From Emiliania huxleyi CCMP1516 (taxonomy: Eukaryota): a stretch of 64,000 nucleotides of DNA. Positions 58,735 through 64,000 of the stretch are shown here, in pieces. The position numbers and the translations under genes are program-made. The notes under the pieces were generated by a model. That model made no database searches. It was not told the origin of the DNA and worked only from the letters and a program-made list of their open reading frames with translations. Every line of letters starts with the position of its first letter. Position 1 is the first letter of the stretch. The DNA lies in assembly GCF_000372725.1 (NCBI RefSeq), contig NW_005202427.1, positions 1,028,459-1,092,458 on the forward strand. The letters run 5' to 3'.

Positions 58735-58912
58735 TGAACCCTGCCCAGCCCCCCTCCGTGTCGCGATGCGCTCCCCACTTTCCCGTTCCCCTGTGTCCCT
58801 GATCCTAGCCCTGATCGTCCTTCCAAAATCCTGCTCGTGCAGGTGGGGTTCGTGGGGACCTTGTCCTCCTCCCATCCCTCGTTTGGTTTTGTCTGTTTTC
58901 TGTCTTTCTTTT
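58735..58912 (+). mobile_element. 178-bp SINE/LINE-like fragment with 11-bp TSD
   Basis: acccggcacgg at 58724-58734 and 58913-58923. Its 3' end (cctcccatccctc..gtctgttttc..tctttt) is related to the adjacent element. Confidence 0.7.
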
Positions 58913-58989
58913 ACCCGGCACGGGACTGGCGTGTGCGAAAAAGACCGGGTGCTGCGGCGACGCACTCCAAGTGCTCCAAGTGCTCCGCT

Positions 58990-59250
58990 GCGTCTCTTGC
59001 AGGACGCCGCTCTACCCGACTACCCCAGGCTGGTGAGTTCGGCGCAGGGGGCCGTCCCACAGCGCCACCTCGACCTCCTGCAGGCACACGACATCGGCAT
59101 CGAGCCTCCCGAGCATGGCGACGATCGCGGCCTCGCGCTTCGGCCAGGCGAGGAGGCGAGCGTGGCGGGCCGCGCCACCCAAGGGTAGCGGCTCAGCGGC
59201 GCAACGGTCGGCGCGAGGATGTTCCACGACACGACGGATAGGCTGTGGGG
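58990..59250 (-). pseudogene. Truncated, frameshifted CCR4/nocturnin-like EEP nuclease fragment
   Basis: VVSWNILAP..YPWV in one frame and LLAWPKR..LDADVVCLQEVE in another; no continuation. Confidence 0.65.
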
Positions 59251-59487
59251 CCGGCGCCGAGAGCGAGTGTCGCGAGCGCTGCGGACTCTCTTCACAGCCT
59301 TATGTTCAGAAGAAAAATACGTACAATGGCGCTGTGCGCCGCTCTGTGAGAGGTTGAGGAGCGAGCCCTGGTTCACAGTAGAGACACAAAGAACCTCGCA
59401 TACGACGACAGTGCAACACTGGGCACGGGACTGGCACCCCCCGCGTGAGCACCACACTCCTCTCCTATAAATCCGTGGTCAGCAGCC

Positions 59488-61244
59488 ATGGTGAGGCTTG
59501 TCGTGCTCGCCGGCGTGGCCGCTGTGCTCCTCCTGCTCGGCAACAACGTCCGCTGGGCGCAGCCGCAGCCGCAGCCGCAGCAGCGGGCCGGCCAGCTTGC
59601 GCCGGCCGCGCTCACCGACGCATGGGTACTCACCACCTTCACCGACGGGAGGGTGCTCGGCGAGGGCATGCACGTGCTTGGCCTAACGCTCGGAGGCGGG
59701 CCGGCCGCCTTTGTGCCGCTCACCGGCGACCCGCTCGTCTTCACGCCCGGCCGGGACGCGCGAGGCGCCGCGTGGGCGGGCGGCGAGCCGACCGTGTTCC
59801 GCGACCCGTCGGTCGCCTTTCACGACGGCTGGTTCCACCTCGTCTTCACGACGGAGCTGTGCGCCGGCCTGCCGACGCTCGCCTTTCATTGCGACCGGCG
59901 CCAGCGGCGCGACGGCCTGCCAGCCCGCTTCGGGTACGCTCGCTCCCGCGACCTGCTCTCGTGGAGCGACTCGAGGCCGGTGACGGTCCCACTCCCGGGG
60001 GCGTGCAACGTGTGGGCGCCGGAGATCTACCTGCTGACGCGCGCGGAGGCGGCCTCGCGCGGCCCTCTCTCCGCCGACGGCCGGCTCGCGGTGGCAATGG
60101 TGGTCGTCTCAATCTCGACGCCGGCCTCGGGGAGCGAGGAGCTGAGCGACTGCCCGTGGGACTTTGGGCCGAGCGCGGGCGCCTCGCGGCACCGCCCGTA
60201 CCAGATGCTCACCTCGGACTTCGAGCGGTGGACGCCTCCCGCGCTGCTGTTCGAGCCTCTCTACGCCGAGTCGGCGATCGACGCGCTGCTGTTCCGAGCG
60301 CCGCACCCGCCCAACAAGTCGGAGGCGCGCGGGGCGCCGCCTCGACCCGACCGACTCTCCGGCGGGCCGGGTGCGGAGCGGACGTACGTCGTCTACAAGA
60401 GCGAGAAGAATGGCGACCCGTCCTCGCCGTGCGAGTGGCGTCGCGGGCAGCGAGGCGCCCCGCTCGGCGCGGCTCGCTGCACGCTCGTCCTGCGGCTGCT
60501 GGTCGGCCCGTCGCCGTTCGGGCCCTTCGCCGCTGCGCCGCTCGACAGGACGCCTGTATGGAGCGACGCAATCTCGCACCAGTGCGCCGAGGGGCCCGCA
60601 CTCTTCATCATGCCAGGCGAGAGGCAGCCGAGAGGCGGCCGAGAGGTAAAACCTCTTCCGCACGCCCTGCCCTCAGCACGGAGCGAGCTGCTGTTCAGAG
60701 AGAGTAGTGTGGCAGTGGGGTCGCAGGATGCCCGGGTCGCCTCGGGGCGGCCCCGCGCGGAGAGGTGGGTGGAGGGAGCCTTCCCTTAGCCCTCTCTGAG
60801 CCTCGAGCCTCCGCTATAGGCTCGGCGGCGTGGGTCGTCCTCTACGACGGCTACCGCACCGACTGCCCGCTCAAGCTCGCCGCACCGCCCGGTCAGCAAG
60901 CCTGCGAGCGGCTCGTCTCGTCCGGCCTCGACGGAGGCCGGCCGGCCGCCGCCTCTGCCTCCGAGCCCGCAGCACAGTGCACCTACCGCGGCCGGCCGGG
61001 GCTGGGCGCGCTGGTGAGCGACGATTTGCGCAGCTGGCGCGACGGCGCGCACGTCGCGAGCACCATCCCGCGCCACCACAAGCACGGCACCGCGCTGCAG
61101 CTCAGCGGCGAGGCGCTCTGCGCCCTCTGCGGCGGGATCGGGGGGGTGGCGCCGCACGCGCGAGAAGCGCGACGGCTCTGGGAGCCGGTCACGGGCATGA
61201 TCGAGCTCTGCGCCCGGACAGCGTGCGGTACAAGTTCAAGTTGA
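59488..61244 (+). CDS. Secreted GH43/GH32-like five-bladed beta-propeller glycoside hydrolase, one intron
   Basis: Signal peptide, plus FRDPSV, SRDLLSWS, VWAPE, AIDA, AEGP, SDDLRSW and KHGT motifs. Confidence 0.75.
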
Positions 61245-61590
61245 GGGCTTACTGCGTTGGGTATGTGGCCTGGAGAGGGAGACGCGACAGCGCCGACACG
61301 CGCGAGCCGGCGCCGAAAAACGAAGCGGTGTGCGTGTGGAGAAATAAAGACATATAACGGGCGCATGCCAGGGCCGCGCCCCGGCGGTCTTGCCGAGCAG
61401 GCTCTCCACAGGGCCCATCACGGCGTATCATATGGTTCATGCGGGCTCAATATGCATCGCCGAGACTGCGCGCGCGAGACAATCCAGTCTCGCACGTCGA
61501 AAGGCGGCCAGCGCCTTTATGGCGCGGGCTCGCCCGACGACTGCTGGCCGGCGGTCGACTGGCTAGCCGACTTGGGGACTTGCTGCCGCG

Positions 61591-62884
61591 TCATCGCACC
61601 CCGAGTGCGGCCTTGACCGCGTCGTAAAGCACCAACTGCAGCGTCACGATCAGCCCCATCTGCACCAGCCGCGCCCTGAAGCCCGCCAGCAGCCCGCGCG
61701 GGCCGAGCCGCTCGGCGAGGCCCGCCAGCCCACCCGGCGGGGGGGCGACGCAGAGGTCGCCGTCCTCGGTGCTGTAGCACGAGACTTGCGAGAGCAGCGC
61801 GTCGCCCGGCTGCGAAGCCAGCGTCGACAGCGCGGCGGCGGCGGCGGCGGCAGCGGCGGTCGACGCCCAGCGAGGCAGCGGTCCGGCGGCGAAGAGCTCC
61901 GACAGGGCGTCGAAGGAGACCTGCTTCGGCCGTGTAGGGCTAGACACTTCCTAGACACGTCCTAGACACGTCCTAGACACGTCCTAGACAAGACCTGCTT
62001 CGCGGCCGTGTAGGGCAGCTGCTTGGCGAGCGTCGCGGGCACGCCGCGGAAGAGCCCTACGGCCCCGGCGCCGACGCGTCACGGACGTGCGCTCGCCTCG
62101 CCGCCCGCGCCAGCCTCCACAAGCGCGCCTCCCGGCCCCTCTTCCCGAAACAGCAGGCCCGCCGCGCCGAGCATGCCCGCGCCAGCATAGTCGGGGTCGG
62201 AGACCTGCCGTATCCGCGTCGCCTCGGCGGGCGCGACGACGAGCGACGCGATCGCGCCCGCCAGCAGCCCGGCCAGTAGCGGGCCGAGCCACAGAGCGGA
62301 GCCGCCCGCGCCGAGCCGGACAAGCAGCGCAGCGAGAGGCGCCTTGACGCGCTCGTACGCGCCAAACTTGAGCGCGCCCTCGATGCCGTACCCGAGCAGC
62401 GTCGGCTTCAGGCCGGTGAGCAGCGCGGACGCTCCCTCCTCCCTCACCACCCGGGCGAGGCCCTCATGCAGCTGGATGCCCGAGTACGACGGCACCTGAG
62501 GGCGGCGAGGCGGCGGCGGTGGCCGTCAGCGGCGGGCCGCAGAGAAGGGAGACGCGCTGCCGTATGCTGGCGGCTGGCGGGAGAAGGCGCCGCGCTCACC
62601 GTCTGCTGGCGCGTCTTGACGACGTCGACCGGGCAGGCGATGCCGTGCGAGACCGCAGCACAGACGCCGCCCGCGAGCGCATACTGCCAACCGCCCGTCA
62701 TCGCCACGCCGCCGCGACTCCGTCTCGCGACAATGCTGCGGCAGGGAGCGGCGGCGTGGCCGGCCGCGCAGTGGGCCAGCGCGCCGAAGCAGCTTGGAGG
62801 CGGGGTGGCCGCCCGCCAGCCACTAGCCGCAGGAAGACGCCAGGCGGTGAGCGCGGCGAGGAGCGCGGCTCTTCGCGGCGACAT
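61591..62884 (-). CDS. Mitochondrial carrier (SLC25, phosphate-carrier-like) with signal/transit-like N-terminus, multi-exon
   Basis: PVDVVKTR, PAEATRIR, PGDALLS, PTLLGYGIEGALKFGAYE and KQLPYTAAK motifs. Confidence 0.88.
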
Positions 62885-62931
62885 TGCAATGAGCGGCGAG
62901 CAAAAAATGAGAAAAAAAAACCGAAGGAGAA

Positions 62932-63091
62932 TCGGCGAGAGACTGCGAAGAGAGATAGGAAGAAGCAGACTCCCTAGGGTGGGCGACGGATAGCGCACCA
63001 CACACCTCTCCTTAAAATCCCTGTGTGGTGGCGGCGTGCCGTCCTCCCATCCCTCCCTTGGGTTGCTGCTTTCTTTCTTTCTTTCTTTCTT
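62932..63091 (+). mobile_element. Retro-element-like 3' end, copy 2
   Basis: Near-identical to 58554-58716; ends in (TTTC)n. Confidence 0.6.
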
Positions 63092-63971
63092 TACGCTCCG
63101 ACCCGAATTTGGAGGGCCTAAAAGTTTAAGTTGTTGCCCTTAAAAAGGGGTCGGACACCGGGCGCAGCTCATGCTAAGAGCTAGAAGAGGAGATAGAGAG
63201 AACAACCACCCTGTCCCGTTATTGCGTACACCAACACCACAAAACGCTCTCTCTCTCCTGTCCTCACTCAGGGGGGTCACAACTACCAAGTCCCTCGACT
63301 AGCTGCCACAGGGCGCAGCTGCCACAGGGCGCAGCTGGAGACGCTCCCCCTCAATCGGCATCCACCCCCACCCGCTCCAGCCCCACTTCTGCTGCCGAGA
63401 GAGCTGAATCGAAGCAAGCGAGCCATTGCATCTTGGCGTGCTCCTGGAGCGCGGCTTTCTAAGGCCACGAGCACGGCGGAGTCGGCGTCGTAGCGCGCAT
63501 CGTTCCCGCTCATCGCCCATTCCTCCCGTGACGTGTGTCGGCCGCGATTCGATGTCGCCACCTTCATCGCCAACGAGGACTCCCTCGACTGCAGGGGGGC
63601 TCCGGCGCGGGGAGGGACTCCGCCTGCTGCGCTGGCCGACTGCGCCCTCCTCCTCCATGGGATCGATCCGATTCCGCAGCGGCGGTGCTGCGCGGGAGGC
63701 GGCCGCGGGCACGCTGGGCTCGATCAGCGGCTTTCCCCTCAGGTAGCGCGAAAGCACGGATTTGGCGGATTCTTGGCTTCAATTTTACGAATGTCTTGGC
63801 ACCAGCTGAAGGCTTGCCCCCGTCCACGGCCCACATCGCCGGATTCGTGCACGGTATTGGATTTTGGCTATTTGCTCGTGTGGGGGTATATCGCAGATTT
63901 GTCAATGGTACCGCGTCTGCGACGCGGGCGCCTTGCGGGCAGAGCCCTTAGCCACCCTTTTATCTTGCGCG
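63092..63971. mobile_element. Two-ended element X, copy 2 (short, different cargo)
   Basis: Same left and right ends as 53178-57080. Confidence 0.6.
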
Positions 63972-64000
63972 ACATTGCAATGAGCGGCGAGCAAAAAATG

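Noticed and set aside
58990..59250. LINE APE endonuclease belonging to the adjacent retro ends
   Set aside because: Opposite strand to the tails, and NILAP..YPWV..LAWPKR is typical of CCR4/nocturnin-type EEPs.

Overview
GC-rich, intron-rich eukaryotic DNA. GC-AG introns filled with 10-11-bp tandem repeats and (CA)n/(GA)n tracts suggest a haptophyte of the Emiliania/Gephyrocapsa huxleyi type (inference). About 25 genes or gene fragments are visible: Aa_trans transporter, sulfatase, WW protein, GT43, MINDY-type deubiquitinase, F-box/RCC1, SDR, EF-hand, a DysF-VPS9-LRAT fusion, GH2, 2-hydroxyacid dehydrogenase, GMFG-repeat protein, PDZ/UIM, ELMO-domain, GH43-like and an SLC25 carrier. The most striking signals are: (1) two tandem intronless multi-AP2 + SAM genes with near-identical termini but shuffled AP2 modules that vary at DNA-contacting positions, arranged P-gene-P-gene-P around a triplicated 159-bp promoter-like segment shared with the MINDY gene; (2) a pervasive class of introns bounded by 12-32-bp direct repeats of flanking exon sequence; (3) a two-ended element present twice with different cargo, one copy carrying a nested TIR transposon whose empty site is visible in the other copy; (4) a truncated Helitron-like RepHel N-terminus, retro-element-like 3' ends with TSDs, and several orphan 5' gene fragments. 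Exon boundaries are approximate and all domain calls come from motif recognition by eye, not database searches.
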